Shown here piece by piece: positions 1 through 10,728 of a DNA stretch of 64,000 nt. The stretch comes from Candidatus Poribacteria bacterium. GTDB lineage: Bacteria > Poribacteria > WGA-4E > PCPOR2b. The stretch lies in contig OZ240245.1 of NCBI GenBank assembly GCA_965198175.1, positions 928,001-992,000 on the forward strand, read 5' to 3'. How positions within the stretch are numbered: position 1 is the first letter of the stretch; each line of letters begins with the position of its first letter. Under the pieces are notes generated by a model that ran no database searches, had not been told where the DNA came from, and saw nothing but the letters and a program-made list of their open reading frames with translations. The position numbers and the translations under genes were made by a program.

Positions 1-2
1 AC

Positions 3-812
3 AATCAGCTGTTAATCGTCTCAACCGACCGGATTTCGGCGTTTGATTACGTACTGCCGAACGGCATTCCTTACAAGGGACGTGTCTTAACCGCACTTTC
101 GGAGTTCTGGTTTGATTACACAAAATCGATTGTCGATAATCATCTGATTACGACAGATGTCGCACTGTACCCTGATAATGTGCGGACCCATGCAGACTCG
201 ATTAAAGGGCGTTCCATGCTCGTTCATAAAGCCAATCGGATAGACATCGAATGCGTGGTGCGCGGGTATATCGCCGGTTCCGCATGGACGGAGTACAAAA
301 AAGAGGGAACGGTGTGCGGGGCAAAGCTGCCCGAAGGGTTGCAGGAATCCGATCGCTTGTCTGAACTAATCTTTACACCCGCCACAAAGGCTGAGTACGG
401 GGAGCATGATGAGAACATTTCAATTGCTCAGATGGAGGGTATCATTGGAGTGGATTTGGCGGAACGCATTATCCAAACAAGTGTTGCTCTGTTCAAAGCG
501 GCAAGCGAGCGGGCTGTAGAAGTCGGGCTGATTCTTTGCGACACGAAATTTGAGTTTGGTCTACTTGACGAGAAACTCATCCTCATCGACGAAGTCTTTA
601 CCCCTGATTCCTCCCGTTTCTGGCCCAAAGATGAGTATGAACCGGGCAGATCGCAGCGCAGCTTCGATAAACAGTACGTGCGCGACTATCTCAATGAGAT
701 CGGCTGGAATAAACAGCCGCCTGTCCCTGAACTGCCGGAAGAAGTGATCCAGAAAACAAGTGAAAAATATCTGGACGTGTATCGCCTGATTGTTGGAGAG
801 GATTTGGTGTAA
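3..812 (+). CDS. purC: SAICAR synthetase, 5'-truncated by the window edge
   Basis: Frame open from base 3 (LLIVSTDRISAFDYVLPNGIPYKG); motifs ECVVRGY, FTPATKA, DTKFEFG, DEVFTPDSSRFW, SFDKQYVRDYL. Confidence 0.97.
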   Translation, partial: NQLLIVSTDRISAFDYVLPNGIPYKGRVLTALSEFWFDYTKSIVDNHLITTDVALYPDNVRTHADSIKGRSMLVHKANRIDIECVVRGYIAGSAWTEYKKEGTVCGAKLPEGLQESDRLSELIFTPATKAEYGEHDENISIAQMEGIIGVDLAERIIQTSVALFKAASERAVEVGLILCDTKFEFGLLDEKLILIDEVFTPDSSRFWPKDEYEPGRSQRSFDKQYVRDYLNEIGWNKQPPVPELPEEVIQKTSEKYLDVYRLIVGEDLV

Positions 813-874
813 TGAATAACGGGACAGGGTGGATCGTGAAAGCGAAGGATACGCAACACGTAGTACGGACTACA

Positions 875-1336
875 TTACTCCACGCTGAAAAAAATGCTCC
901 GCTCAAATAGTCCATCTAAAAAGATGTCTACTGACCATTCGCCGTCGGGGAATCCACCAGAGGGGCGGTCAATAAAGAACCATGTAATCTGATCGCCGAT
1001 TGAGGAAGTGAAGGACTCATCGTCCTCTCGAAATGGTGGGTCGTCCAAATCTTGCGCTGGTGAATACCAACTCACTTCAGCGGTATGCCTCCCCTCGACA
1101 GCCGCCCAATAAATCCATAGGTAGACACTATCGCTTGACTCGAAAAAGGTATCGGTGATGCCAACTGGACGATCATCAATGAGATCTACAGCGAGGACAG
1201 CGTCCAAAATCGCAGGTTCCCCTCTGAGAAGATCCAGTGATCCGCTGCCACCCGATGGCGAACTATCGCACCCGCCGAGAATGATACCGCCTAGAAACAC
1301 GAATAAGTAGAACCTAATCTGAGATTTATCCCTCAT
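875..1336 (-). CDS. Hypothetical lipoprotein
   Basis: Signal peptide with lipobox ILGGC; beta-rich mature part; ATG at 1336 preferred over the ORF-track start at 1378. Confidence 0.7.
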   Translation of the reverse strand: MRDKSQIRFYLFVFLGGIILGGCDSSPSGGSGSLDLLRGEPAILDAVLAVDLIDDRPVGITDTFFESSDSVYLWIYWAAVEGRHTAEVSWYSPAQDLDDPPFREDDESFTSSIGDQITWFFIDRPSGGFPDGEWSVDIFLDGLFERSIFFSVE

Positions 1337-1441
1337 TCCATTTTCACCTAAAGTCGTTATATCTGCGTTCCGTAGCACACCTTATTAATCATAACCCAAA
1401 CAACTCGCCCCTGTCAACTGAAATGTTTCTGCGACGACGAA

Positions 1442-3100
1442 TCAATCCCCCGTAGGCTCCAGAACAATCCGAAATTGCGCATCGACAATCGCACCGTCAG
1501 AGTCAATCACAGCGGTGATCGCGCCAAGTGACTCCAGTGGAAAAAGGTTCTTTGCTATGCGCGTTATCAACGCTGAATCAATGCCTTGACCTAAAGCAGA
1601 TGCAATCAACCCGAGTATCGGGGTGAGACGCTTTAGTTGGGGAATGAAACGGTTGGGTTGGATATAAATATGACTTTCGCCGCGCCGATTAGTTGAATCA
1701 GGAAATTCAGTTTCAGATAACGCCCTCTCTCGTCCTGAAAAAGCGTCAATGGCAGTTTTCAATCCATCAAGCGTTGAGCTGATTATCCAATAATTATCAA
1801 CCATCGCACAGCCGCCCGTAATGGCGAACAGAAATCCGAAACGAAGCTGGACAGGATAAATCTCTGTTCCGTGATAATCTTGAGGTTTAAGAAATTGGAG
1901 CGGCATGCCGTCAATGGTGGTTTTACCGTTCCGCAGTTTCGTCAAATCCGCTGCAAAATTAGGGCGATCGCTGATTGTGAGAATTAGCAGCGCCGTAGGG
2001 ATTGGCGTCGGTTTTTCGCGCTTAGCGTCAAGCAGTGCGAGCGCAAACTCTGATTCGAGATGAAGTGAGAGTTCAATTCGGTTCCCCTGATATTGGATAA
2101 ACGGGACGGACTCTGTCGGCGTCCACAACGCTATGAAATCTTCGTCCCTGCTTACGCCAAGGAACGTCGTGGCTGCCGGAAGAATCGATAGTAGCTTTTC
2201 ATCGATTGGACGTAAATCTTTCGGCGGCTCTCGTCTGACCGGGTGGCGGCTTGTGTCTCCCACGAACCGGTGTCGAGAGTGGATAACGCCATTCTCATAT
2301 CGATTACCGACGCTCCACACATTGACGGGCGCTAAGCGCGGCTTGAGTTCATCGTCGAATGCAAAGGCTTGGGTAAATCTGGAAAAATCGACAAAAACTG
2401 TGCTTCCGTCCGCATCGTACTGTTGGCGCATGTATTCCCCGGCTCGATGGTAACTTATGAAATTCTTCGTCCCTTCTGCATGGATATCGATTGTCTCCTT
2501 GATTAAAAATTTGTCGAGTCCCAACAGACCTACCTTGCCGATAAAGGCGTAACTGAAATCACGCGGATAGCCGGTAATCGTGTTAATATCAATTCCCCTG
2601 TAGTGCTCCTTGATCCGCTTGTATTTCGGGTTGACCAGATCTGTCGCTGTGAGTGCCGCAATCTCTAACTTCTCTTTTGCCCCAACAAGGCTAATTAGCA
2701 GGAATGAAATCTCGTCTCCGCGATCGTAAAGGCTCAAAATCGCTTCTTCTCCAAAGTAGCCTTTGAGCGCCTTGAGATTCAACTCCCCACCCATTTCATA
2801 TTCCCAACGCTCTTTCTGATAGACAACCTGGCGCCACCACAATTCTCGTTGGATTTCCGCAAGGACAGGTATCGTCGTCGTCTGCTTGCCAAACTCGCTG
2901 CGCCCAAAGGTCTCAACAAATCCCCCGAGATCTTTAATACTCAGATAGGAGATTGGCGCATCGGGAAGCAGGCTGAGCAAACTCTGATCTGGCTCCCGAA
3001 GTGAAGTCAAACGATAAAATATTGCTAGCGTGACTAGCAGGACCAGGAGCCCGCCAATCAAACTGAGAAGAAGCCATCTTTTGGAAAGCAGAATCCGCAT
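1442..3100 (-). CDS. Hypothetical N-terminally membrane-anchored protein (DUF3352-like)
   Basis: 552-aa ORF with a single N-terminal TM helix and two LLSLLP/LLSILP-like segments; family call tentative. Confidence 0.6.
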   Translation of the reverse strand: MRILLSKRWLLLSLIGGLLVLLVTLAIFYRLTSLREPDQSLLSLLPDAPISYLSIKDLGGFVETFGRSEFGKQTTTIPVLAEIQRELWWRQVVYQKERWEYEMGGELNLKALKGYFGEEAILSLYDRGDEISFLLISLVGAKEKLEIAALTATDLVNPKYKRIKEHYRGIDINTITGYPRDFSYAFIGKVGLLGLDKFLIKETIDIHAEGTKNFISYHRAGEYMRQQYDADGSTVFVDFSRFTQAFAFDDELKPRLAPVNVWSVGNRYENGVIHSRHRFVGDTSRHPVRREPPKDLRPIDEKLLSILPAATTFLGVSRDEDFIALWTPTESVPFIQYQGNRIELSLHLESEFALALLDAKREKPTPIPTALLILTISDRPNFAADLTKLRNGKTTIDGMPLQFLKPQDYHGTEIYPVQLRFGFLFAITGGCAMVDNYWIISSTLDGLKTAIDAFSGRERALSETEFPDSTNRRGESHIYIQPNRFIPQLKRLTPILGLIASALGQGIDSALITRIAKNLFPLESLGAITAVIDSDGAIVDAQFRIVLEPTGD

Positions 3101-3200
3101 TGAAGAATCTCTTACCTCAATCCCGTTTAGCTCATGTTAAGAAATCACGCATCTAGACCTTAATTCCACGGGTTGCCAACACGCATCGAGTCTGACGTGC

Positions 3201-4616
3201 TTATTTCTGGAATGAACTGCCCTTCTTGATTGCCCACAATGTCTTGAGAAGGATTTTGATGTCAAAGCCGAGCGACCAGTTTTCAATGTAGTACAAATCG
3301 TAGCGAAGTCGTTCATCCAGTGAAGTATTTCCACGGAGTCCATTGACTTGCGCCCAACCCGTTAGACCGCATTTCACCCGATGCCGATCTAAGTAGTGAG
3401 GGAAGGATTTGCTAAAATCATCAATCAATCCCGACATCTCTGGTCGAGGTCCCACAAGACTCATATCCCCCCTGAATACATTGTAAAGTTGAGGAAGCTC
3501 GTCCAGACCCCAACGCCTCATGAAACGCCCGAGCCAGGTTTGACGTGGATCGTTCGGCGCAGCCCATGTATGTCCAATTCCCGCTTCTGCATCTTGCCGC
3601 ATAGATCTAAATTTGTAGATGCGAAAGGCTGTCCCATCCCTGCCAATCCGTTCCTGACGGAAAATGACTGACCCTGAAGATGTGAGCTTCACCGCAATCG
3701 CAATCGCAAGCATAACGGGGCTCAAAATAACCAGAGCGAAGGCGCTCAAAACGATGTCTATTCCCTGCTTGATCAGTCCACGCCAGCCTTGTAGTGGAAG
3801 CTCCTTCAACTGAACAACCGGAATCCCATCAAATTCCACCACATGTGTCTTCCCAATCATAACTTCGTAGAGATCTGGGAGAACCCGAATCTGAACAGGC
3901 AGCCCTTCGCAATCATGCACAATCTGTAGAATCTCTTCATGAGAGATTGCCGGTGAAGTGATAAACAGTTCGTTAATCTGATATTTTTGAACAAGGCTTC
4001 GCACCTCGGTTGTCTCACCGAGGACATGCTGTGGAATTGGCTGTGACGGTAGTTGCTTACCGAGAATGACACCCAGAAATTGATAGCTGTTCCGCGTTTT
4101 TGCTTGGATAGACTGGATGAGTTGCCTCGTTGTCGTGTTGAAACCGACAACAGCGACTTGACTCACACCAATACCGAACCGCTGCATCGCGTGCTTAAAA
4201 CGCTGAATCGCGAGGCGATTTAAGTAGAGAAAAACGACGCTCATCCCGCACGCCAAAAGCATGACCCAGCGGGAATATTCGTGCTGATGGTAGAAGAAAA
4301 AGACCGCGCCAAGCGTTGAGATTAGCGCAATGCCTGAAGCCTTCAGAAGAGTTAACCCAGTTTCCAGCGTGACCTCGTTCTCGATCCGGTAAAGTCCCAA
4401 TCCCCGAAGTGTCAATGTCCAGATGAACCCGTTTAAGGGGATAATCTGAAAATAGAAGGCGATCGGCGGACTGCCCCCCTTGTGGATGGCGACCGCATGT
4501 AGCCAGCCCGATTCAAATCTGAGCCAGTAAGCGATGCGGATCGATATTCCAATGAGACAGAGGTCAATGATGACCGTTAAGGCAGTTAGGAGTTGATAGA
4601 GTGTTTTATTCGGCAT
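3201..4616 (-). CDS. Undecaprenyl-phosphate glucose phosphotransferase (WcaJ/CpsE family)
   Basis: N-terminal TM helices; C-terminal sugar-transferase motifs FRQERIG, KFRSM, LDELPQL, GDMSLVGPRPE, GLTGWAQVNG, YDLYYIENWS. Confidence 0.93.
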   Translation of the reverse strand: MPNKTLYQLLTALTVIIDLCLIGISIRIAYWLRFESGWLHAVAIHKGGSPPIAFYFQIIPLNGFIWTLTLRGLGLYRIENEVTLETGLTLLKASGIALISTLGAVFFFYHQHEYSRWVMLLACGMSVVFLYLNRLAIQRFKHAMQRFGIGVSQVAVVGFNTTTRQLIQSIQAKTRNSYQFLGVILGKQLPSQPIPQHVLGETTEVRSLVQKYQINELFITSPAISHEEILQIVHDCEGLPVQIRVLPDLYEVMIGKTHVVEFDGIPVVQLKELPLQGWRGLIKQGIDIVLSAFALVILSPVMLAIAIAVKLTSSGSVIFRQERIGRDGTAFRIYKFRSMRQDAEAGIGHTWAAPNDPRQTWLGRFMRRWGLDELPQLYNVFRGDMSLVGPRPEMSGLIDDFSKSFPHYLDRHRVKCGLTGWAQVNGLRGNTSLDERLRYDLYYIENWSLGFDIKILLKTLWAIKKGSSFQK

Positions 4617-5096
4617 GTTTCTTTCTTCATCTGAAGATATATGAACTTCATGAAATTGTACCAAAGGAACGCCCCTCCATCAACCATAAACTTCCACAGT
4701 TGATTTTCCCCCGCAGGGCGCGAATCAACATCTCCTTGCACTTGTCGTATAAGGCCCTTCAGTAGCACTGCCAAGTATTGGTTGGAAATTCACGAGTAAA
4801 GGTGATATAATCACACATACTGAATCAGATGCTTCTGAAAGGTGAGGACTCCTCAATCCTATCGCCGTAAACTTGCGTCTTTCATTTCCGTGTCCGGGAG
4901 AAAGAAACAGAAGCCAGAAATAGTTGACACGGTTAGCTGAATATGAAAGAACAAAGACATACCAGTTTGGTTCGTGAAGAACATTACGAACCAGACATAA
5001 CGACCAGTAAATACCAACGGCTCGCGATTGGGAAATGAATATTATGGACTGGACGAATCATCAAGGGGCATTAAATACATAAACGGAGCTTTCAGC

Positions 5097-5915
5097 ATGC
5101 AACTCACGACACAACAACTCAACTACTTTCACACCTTCGGCTTTTTGGTTTTCCCCGAACTATTTGGTCCGGATGAGGTCGCTTGGATTACCGATGAGTT
5201 CGAGAAAGTTATCCAGACCTGCAGTGATGGTAAGATGCACGATCAATCGAAGCGGACCATGATTGTCCCGACCATCGATCACAGCGAACGGCTCTGCACG
5301 CTGCTCGATGATGCCCGCATCGAAGGAATCGCCTCCGGCATTTTGGGAGATGACTTCAACTACGCTTCCGGCGACGGCAACTACTATTCCGGCGATACTG
5401 ATTGGCACGCTGACGGGGGCTATACCGAACTCTTCGCAATCAAGATGGCGTTCTACCTCGACCCGCTGAACCGCAACACCGGAAGCCTTCGCGTGATTCC
5501 CGGCAGCCATCGCCCCGACTCCTTTTGGCGGGCTGGGGATATCCATCCTAGGAACGCGCAGGATTTGTGGGGGCTTCCGCCGTCTGAGATTCCTGGGGCT
5601 TTCGCAGTAGAGACGCGTCCGGGAGATTTGGTGGTTTTCTACCACGACATTCTTCACGCCTCGTTTGGCGGATCACCCCGACGGCGAATGTTCACGATGA
5701 ACCTGAATAAGCACGCAACGACCGAGAGCGAATTGGCGCGTATTGACGAATATCTCCGCTACCACTGCCCCGTCGCCCACGGATTCAAAATTGGTGGCAT
5801 GTACACTGCCCTGATGCTCGATACCGCAAGTCCACTGCGGATGCGTCACCTCGCTCAGTTGCACGTCCGGCATGGGGTGGTGCACCCGAACGATACCCGC
5901 CATTTACGAGAATAG
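5097..5915 (+). CDS. Phytanoyl-CoA dioxygenase (PhyH) family Fe(II)/2OG dioxygenase
   Basis: FHTFGFLV start, WHAD (HxD), LRVIPGSH, PGDLVVF..ILHAS, RRMF. Confidence 0.9.
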   Translation: MQLTTQQLNYFHTFGFLVFPELFGPDEVAWITDEFEKVIQTCSDGKMHDQSKRTMIVPTIDHSERLCTLLDDARIEGIASGILGDDFNYASGDGNYYSGDTDWHADGGYTELFAIKMAFYLDPLNRNTGSLRVIPGSHRPDSFWRAGDIHPRNAQDLWGLPPSEIPGAFAVETRPGDLVVFYHDILHASFGGSPRRRMFTMNLNKHATTESELARIDEYLRYHCPVAHGFKIGGMYTALMLDTASPLRMRHLAQLHVRHGVVHPNDTRHLRE

Positions 5916-6024
5916 GATCGTCAGCTTACGGACCTCCCCGCGGCGAGCATTCTCATCATCCTCTCGTTTTCTTTCATTTCCGCAAGATGTGTGGGAACGC
6001 GCATTCTACAATCTGGCAATACGC

Positions 6025-6053
6025 TTGTATCTGAATTCAAATATGGGTAAAAT
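6025..6053 (+). promoter_or_regulatory. Sigma70-type promoter TTGTAT-17-TAAAAT
   Basis: Near-consensus with 17-nt spacer; same block recurs at 9374-9402. Confidence 0.55.
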
Positions 6054-6248
6054 TTTACGGACTTAGCAGTTACGGGTTTGTGGATCAAATTTCGAATGTT
6101 TTCCAGGTCTCAAGGAGGTGGCTCTGCACACCCTCTGAAATGTCCGCTGTTCGTAATTATCGAACATAACCCGACTTTGACTGGTGAGCGGCAATCTCTT
6201 TTGCGCCGAACACTGGCAATTAATCACTTACCAAAAAAAGGGGAAGCG

Positions 6249-6698
6249 ATGAGATACTTCTTTATCAACACTGATGTTAATACGCTGGATTATAGTCCTC
6301 ATGCGACGTGGATTAAACATGATCATGCCTTCACCGCAGGGGATTATGAAAAATATGGGGAACAGGGACTGGGAGCTCTGGAACCGGGCGATGTTCTTTT
6401 CATGTATGTGAATGATGTCGGCGTTGTTGCGGCGGGCGAAGTTACTGCGCCGTGGACGGGCGACAGCTGCAGTGGCAAGGATCGGTTGGTATATCGGCGG
6501 TGCAAGGATGAATTGATAGAATTTCGAATTCCTGTGGACTGGTTTCTTCCGACGGTGAACAATCCGATTAGTATAGTAGAATTGAAGGAACGCGACGACG
6601 GTTGGACGCCGTCGAGAGCGGTCCATCATATCACAAATGAAGTCTTCGCAACGCGCCTCCTCGAAGAAGTTCAGAAAAGGGCGTCAAGGAGCTGGTAA
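6249..6698 (+). CDS. Hypothetical protein, possible EVE/PUA-like domain
   Basis: RBS AAGGGG then ATG; pattern YFFINTD...LEPGDVLFMY...GVVAAGEV resembles EVE-like domains. Confidence 0.5.
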   Translation: MRYFFINTDVNTLDYSPHATWIKHDHAFTAGDYEKYGEQGLGALEPGDVLFMYVNDVGVVAAGEVTAPWTGDSCSGKDRLVYRRCKDELIEFRIPVDWFLPTVNNPISIVELKERDDGWTPSRAVHHITNEVFATRLLEEVQKRASRSW

Positions 6699-6806
6699 GG
6701 CGGACCGCAATCAATCACACGGCGTTGACCCATAGTCAATGGATACCAGACGCTAGCGACGTTCGCGGATACATGTCAAGAGAAGAAAGTTTCCTTTTTC
6801 TCGGCA

Positions 6807-6960
6807 GTGCCGGCAAACACGCGGTGGGCGTATAAGGGTGCTGTTGACAAATTCACGACGTGGCTTGACGGACGGACGCTCGACGACGGGCTGCTGGCGG
6901 AATATATACGGTACTTGCACGAAGAAGGGAAATCGCTGTCGACGGTGGTGTTAATGCCGC
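6807..6960 (+). pseudogene. Fragment of a tyrosine recombinase N-terminal (core-binding) domain
   Basis: PANTRWAYKGAVDKFTTWLDGRTLDDGLLAEYIRYLHEEGKSLSTV; homology ends abruptly, no catalytic domain. Confidence 0.6.
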
Positions 6961-7775
6961 CTCCTCTTTTGTGTCGTGTTTTTCACCGATTAGTGAATCT
7001 AGTCATTGATGTCGGTCTCGGTTAACGTCCACTCGTCCGCCGTAGGCTTTCGCGACGCAAAGGGCAATTATGCGGGGGCGCTTTCGTCGGCTGGATTCGT
7101 TTCATTGGCTGGGATCACAATGGTTTCATCCTGCTGTGGATATTGTCCTTCCCGGTATTGCGGTGGGTTCGCTTCGTTGCCGAAAATGATGTGTTCGCGG
7201 GGTTCATCGTATCACATAGTGGCATCACCAGAGACATCACGACGTTGTGGGGTTAGGCAGCGCGGGCGCTTGATGATTAAGGGATTCAGCTTCAATAGTT
7301 AAAGAAAGCGCTCAGATGAGAAAATGGAAGGTAAGAATGGGAAACTGGCTTATAGGTTGTGGTTCAGCCACGAGTGCAATAGGTGCGGTGGTGTTTCAAT
7401 TGCTCAACCACAGGATAAATGCTTAGCGCTTGGACTCCTCGGAAGTTACTTCGCCTTTTTCACTAAACGTATCATTTGCTCGGTGAGAGTGCGTTTCAGA
7501 GTCAAAGATGGTTTCTGTCGTTCCTTCAAGAGCGGCTTCCATCGTCGCAATATCGGCTTGCAATCTCTTTCTATGTTCCATTAGGAATGCAAGATGTTCC
7601 TCATCATCAAGTAGAAGAATAGATTAGTGACACCGTCTTATTATAATGGTAGTTCCCCATGTACCACAAGAGCCCATTGTCGAGAAGTACGCACATTACG
7701 CAAATTACTGCGATTCGAATGGCATGTTTCAATATTCTCATTGCGGTTCACCTCAACGCGCCAAATCAGGATCGG

Positions 7776-8627
7776 TTATTTGATAAGCTGGAATCGTCTC
7801 ATTTGATGTTCGCGCGCTGCGCCGACAAGCTCGTTTCCGGTCTTGTCAAGGAAAATGATGTCGATGTACCACGGTATCTTTTTATTTGGAGCCTGCCCCG
7901 ATCCGCGATGGTGCAGTTCCTGCAGCACCCATTGCGGGACACGGCTTGCGTGTGTAGAGATAGCGTTGCCATCCGTTTGGATGTAAACAGTCCACATTCG
8001 ATTGGGGATAAAGACGCCTTCTTTCGACAACGACCCGCCGCCCACTCGCCAATCTTTGGCGCTTGCTTCCTTGACGAGTCTATCGAGTTTAACACTAGTC
8101 TGAATCTCCGCTTCAACCACCTCATCCCAAGATGCATCTGCGTTCAGATTCAGGCGATCTTTCGTTTGGATGAGATTTTCGGGGTCATTATGAGCGTGCC
8201 AGAGCAACGCACGGGTACTCAGGCAACCTGAATAATCGCTATAGTCATCAATGGCAATATCCATTTCCAAGTATTTCTGTAGCCATTCATCAGTGGGAAA
8301 CAGCTTTTCGATGTCTAAGTGACTGTTACCTACTGATTTTCTGTGCTTAGCGTCAAACTTCAGCATAATTGCTTGGACTTCAGCACTAGCATCGGCAATC
8401 ATGGGTAAATACACGCTGAGAAAACCTCGCATATCGGAAGTGAATTTGGCTTCGGTAAATGCGTTTTTACTCGTGGCGGGTGTCGTAGGGTCGGCAAAGA
8501 TCGCTTCCAGCACCACTTGGAGATTCTGCTCTGGCGTCGGTTCGCATGAATTTAAGAATAGCAAAACGGATCCAACTCCAGCAACCAAAAATATCCTTAT
8601 TAACGGTAGTCTCGATGTCCGTGTCAT
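7776..8627 (-). CDS. Hypothetical lipoprotein
   Basis: Signal MTRTSRLPLIRIFLVAGVGSVLLFLNSC with lipobox. Confidence 0.65.
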   Translation of the reverse strand: MTRTSRLPLIRIFLVAGVGSVLLFLNSCEPTPEQNLQVVLEAIFADPTTPATSKNAFTEAKFTSDMRGFLSVYLPMIADASAEVQAIMLKFDAKHRKSVGNSHLDIEKLFPTDEWLQKYLEMDIAIDDYSDYSGCLSTRALLWHAHNDPENLIQTKDRLNLNADASWDEVVEAEIQTSVKLDRLVKEASAKDWRVGGGSLSKEGVFIPNRMWTVYIQTDGNAISTHASRVPQWVLQELHHRGSGQAPNKKIPWYIDIIFLDKTGNELVGAAREHQMRRFQLIK

Positions 8628-8697
8628 GCTTTCACCTACTTTTGTGCGTAGCAGTAGTGTGTGCCTCACATCACAAAGCAATTATGCAGTATTGTGC

Positions 8698-9204
8698 TCA
8701 ATACTCGATTCGTTCCAAAATCGAACGTGCGTTCTCAGCATCCCACTTACAATCTTGTGTAAGATAAATGAGAATCGCATCTTCCATAGGTATATCGAGA
8801 CGCCGTTGGTGGCCACGTATTAGTCTAGCAGCTTCCATGGCGCTAGAGACCGAATGACTGAGTTCTGGAATAGTCATCAGCGAATTTCGGAGCTTGTCCT
8901 TGGGCGGCGGGTTACTTGCTCTCTTGGAGTATTCTTCAACTAACTTTTCAAGTTGTTTGGTTCTGCCAGGATCTGACCGAAGAAAGCTGTCAATTGCACG
9001 TTTTTTGTTGATTCGTGTATGCGGATGCGCGGCAGGATCGGTGTAAATTGTAACAGCACCAATTTCAGCGTGAGTCTCGTTGGTTTGCAGTAGTCTATCT
9101 TCTTCGTCCGCTGCCACATCCGTCCGGTCTGATAGTCGATTAGCGCAGCCGGTGCCGACTATCAAACATATCACGATTGTAAGCAACGCCGTCATTCGTG
9201 TCAT
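8698..9204 (-). CDS. Hypothetical lipoprotein
   Basis: Strong RBS GGAGGAGG; signal with lipobox VGTGC. Confidence 0.7.
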   Translation of the reverse strand: MTRMTALLTIVICLIVGTGCANRLSDRTDVAADEEDRLLQTNETHAEIGAVTIYTDPAAHPHTRINKKRAIDSFLRSDPGRTKQLEKLVEEYSKRASNPPPKDKLRNSLMTIPELSHSVSSAMEAARLIRGHQRRLDIPMEDAILIYLTQDCKWDAENARSILERIEY

Positions 9205-9373
9205 TTTGTCTCCTCCTCCATTTTCCCGCTAACAATCCCAGATACGCTGCTTCAATAGGCACTCTTTTTTCCGAGATTCTCTGCTTGCAAAGCGACCTCA
9301 TCGAAGAACACGCTGTAAAATAGTAACACGCAGCACCTTAAGTGTCAAGATTATGACAGTCGGAACAATACGC

Positions 9374-9402
9374 TTGTATTTGTATTGGAATCTAGGTATA
9401 AT
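9374..9402 (+). promoter_or_regulatory. Sigma70-type promoter TTGTAT-17-TATAAT
   Basis: Near-consensus, upstream of the cupin pair. Confidence 0.65.
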
Positions 9403-9509
9403 TTTACTCGTTGCTAAGGGTGCAACTGAACCCTTACACTTTACTCAATCAACTCAACACTACCTACCGCCCGCCCGAGTGAGGCGAGAGATGTTTAAGG
9501 AGAAGACTT

Positions 9510-9911
9510 ATGAAGAAATACATACGTACACCGGATGACGAGATGCGCTCTGGACAAATCTCTATCGCTGAATTGCATCCGGACGATCACAAGGATCAAC
9601 TGTCTTCATGGTTATTTGTAGGTCCAGACGAAATTCACGGTAAGTTTAACTTGGGTAACCTGGAATCGAAAAGATTGGAAATCTCTGTCGATACCTACAC
9701 CCCGGACGGTTACACGGAAGAGCACACCCATCCCGATAAGGAGCAAGCATATTACATCGTGTCCGGTCAGGCGAAAGCCACAGTCGGCGATGAGGAAGGC
9801 GTAATCGGCCCGGGCGGAGTTGTATATATCCCGCTGAACATGCCGCACGGGTTTGCCAATGCGGGCGATGAACCGTTAACGGTGGTTATAATCAGCAGTT
9901 ACGAACTATAG
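9510..9911 (+). CDS. Cupin domain protein
   Basis: HTHPDKEQAYYIVSG...GGVVYIP.NMPHGFAN. Confidence 0.88.
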   Translation: MKKYIRTPDDEMRSGQISIAELHPDDHKDQLSSWLFVGPDEIHGKFNLGNLESKRLEISVDTYTPDGYTEEHTHPDKEQAYYIVSGQAKATVGDEEGVIGPGGVVYIPLNMPHGFANAGDEPLTVVIISSYEL

Positions 9912-9987
9912 AGTTTGATTTGCACCTTTGAAAAACTTAACTGTTTCAACCCAGCCGGTCTTTGAGATCAGGAGGGGAAACGCCTAC

Positions 9988-10647
9988 ATGAAGAAATATA
10001 TGCGCACCCCAGAAAACCCTGTGCTACCAATCACAGTCTTTTGGGAAAGACGATTTGGGAACCTTCCCTCAAGGGAATACCGGATCGGGAGGGCACTCAT
10101 CGGCCCAGATAGAATATTTGCCGAGTACAACCTCGGAAATATCAGCTCGAGCCGCATGCAGTTCGTTGTGCTTACCTATGAGGTGGGGGGCGGTCACGAC
10201 ATGCACGTACACGACGACAACGAACAAGCCTACTACATTGTCTCTGGTCAGGCTGCAATTGCGATTGGAGATGAGACATCGGTGATTGGACCGGGCGGCG
10301 TATCATTGATTGCATTGGGAATCCCGCACGGGTTCCACAATGCAGGGGACGACCTGCTAACCTTGCTGGATCTCCATAGTTACCAGTTCGACGACGTAAA
10401 CCCAAGTAAATTGGGGGTTGCGGAGGTGACCTATGGCCTGCAAGGAGGTGTCGATACACACGCTCACTCTGACCGCGAGAAAGCCTACTACATCATTTCG
10501 GGACAAGCGTGTGTCAAGGTTGGCGATGAGGAAGAGTTGTTGGGCGCGGGCGGTGTCGCATTTATTCCCCGAAACGTACCACATGCCTATCGCAACGAAG
10601 GCGGGGAACCGTTAAAGCTGGCGGTAGTCAGCAGCTACGATGTATAA
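9988..10647 (+). CDS. Bicupin protein, paralogue of the upstream cupin
   Basis: Two HxHxxxExAYYIxSG / PH(G/A)xxN motifs; shares N-terminus MKKY(I/M)RTP. Confidence 0.88.
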   Translation: MKKYMRTPENPVLPITVFWERRFGNLPSREYRIGRALIGPDRIFAEYNLGNISSSRMQFVVLTYEVGGGHDMHVHDDNEQAYYIVSGQAAIAIGDETSVIGPGGVSLIALGIPHGFHNAGDDLLTLLDLHSYQFDDVNPSKLGVAEVTYGLQGGVDTHAHSDREKAYYIISGQACVKVGDEEELLGAGGVAFIPRNVPHAYRNEGGEPLKLAVVSSYDV

Positions 10648-10728
10648 ACCCGTTAGGGCTTTCCTATATTTGGAAAAAACACTTCAGTTAAGTTACGGCG
10701 AACCCGAAACATACACCGAACGGCGATT

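Noticed and set aside
6990..7600. Short ORFs 7006-7302 and 7324-7584 and a stop-interrupted minus-strand frame
   Set aside because: No recognisable motifs; probably decayed sequence that I cannot assign.
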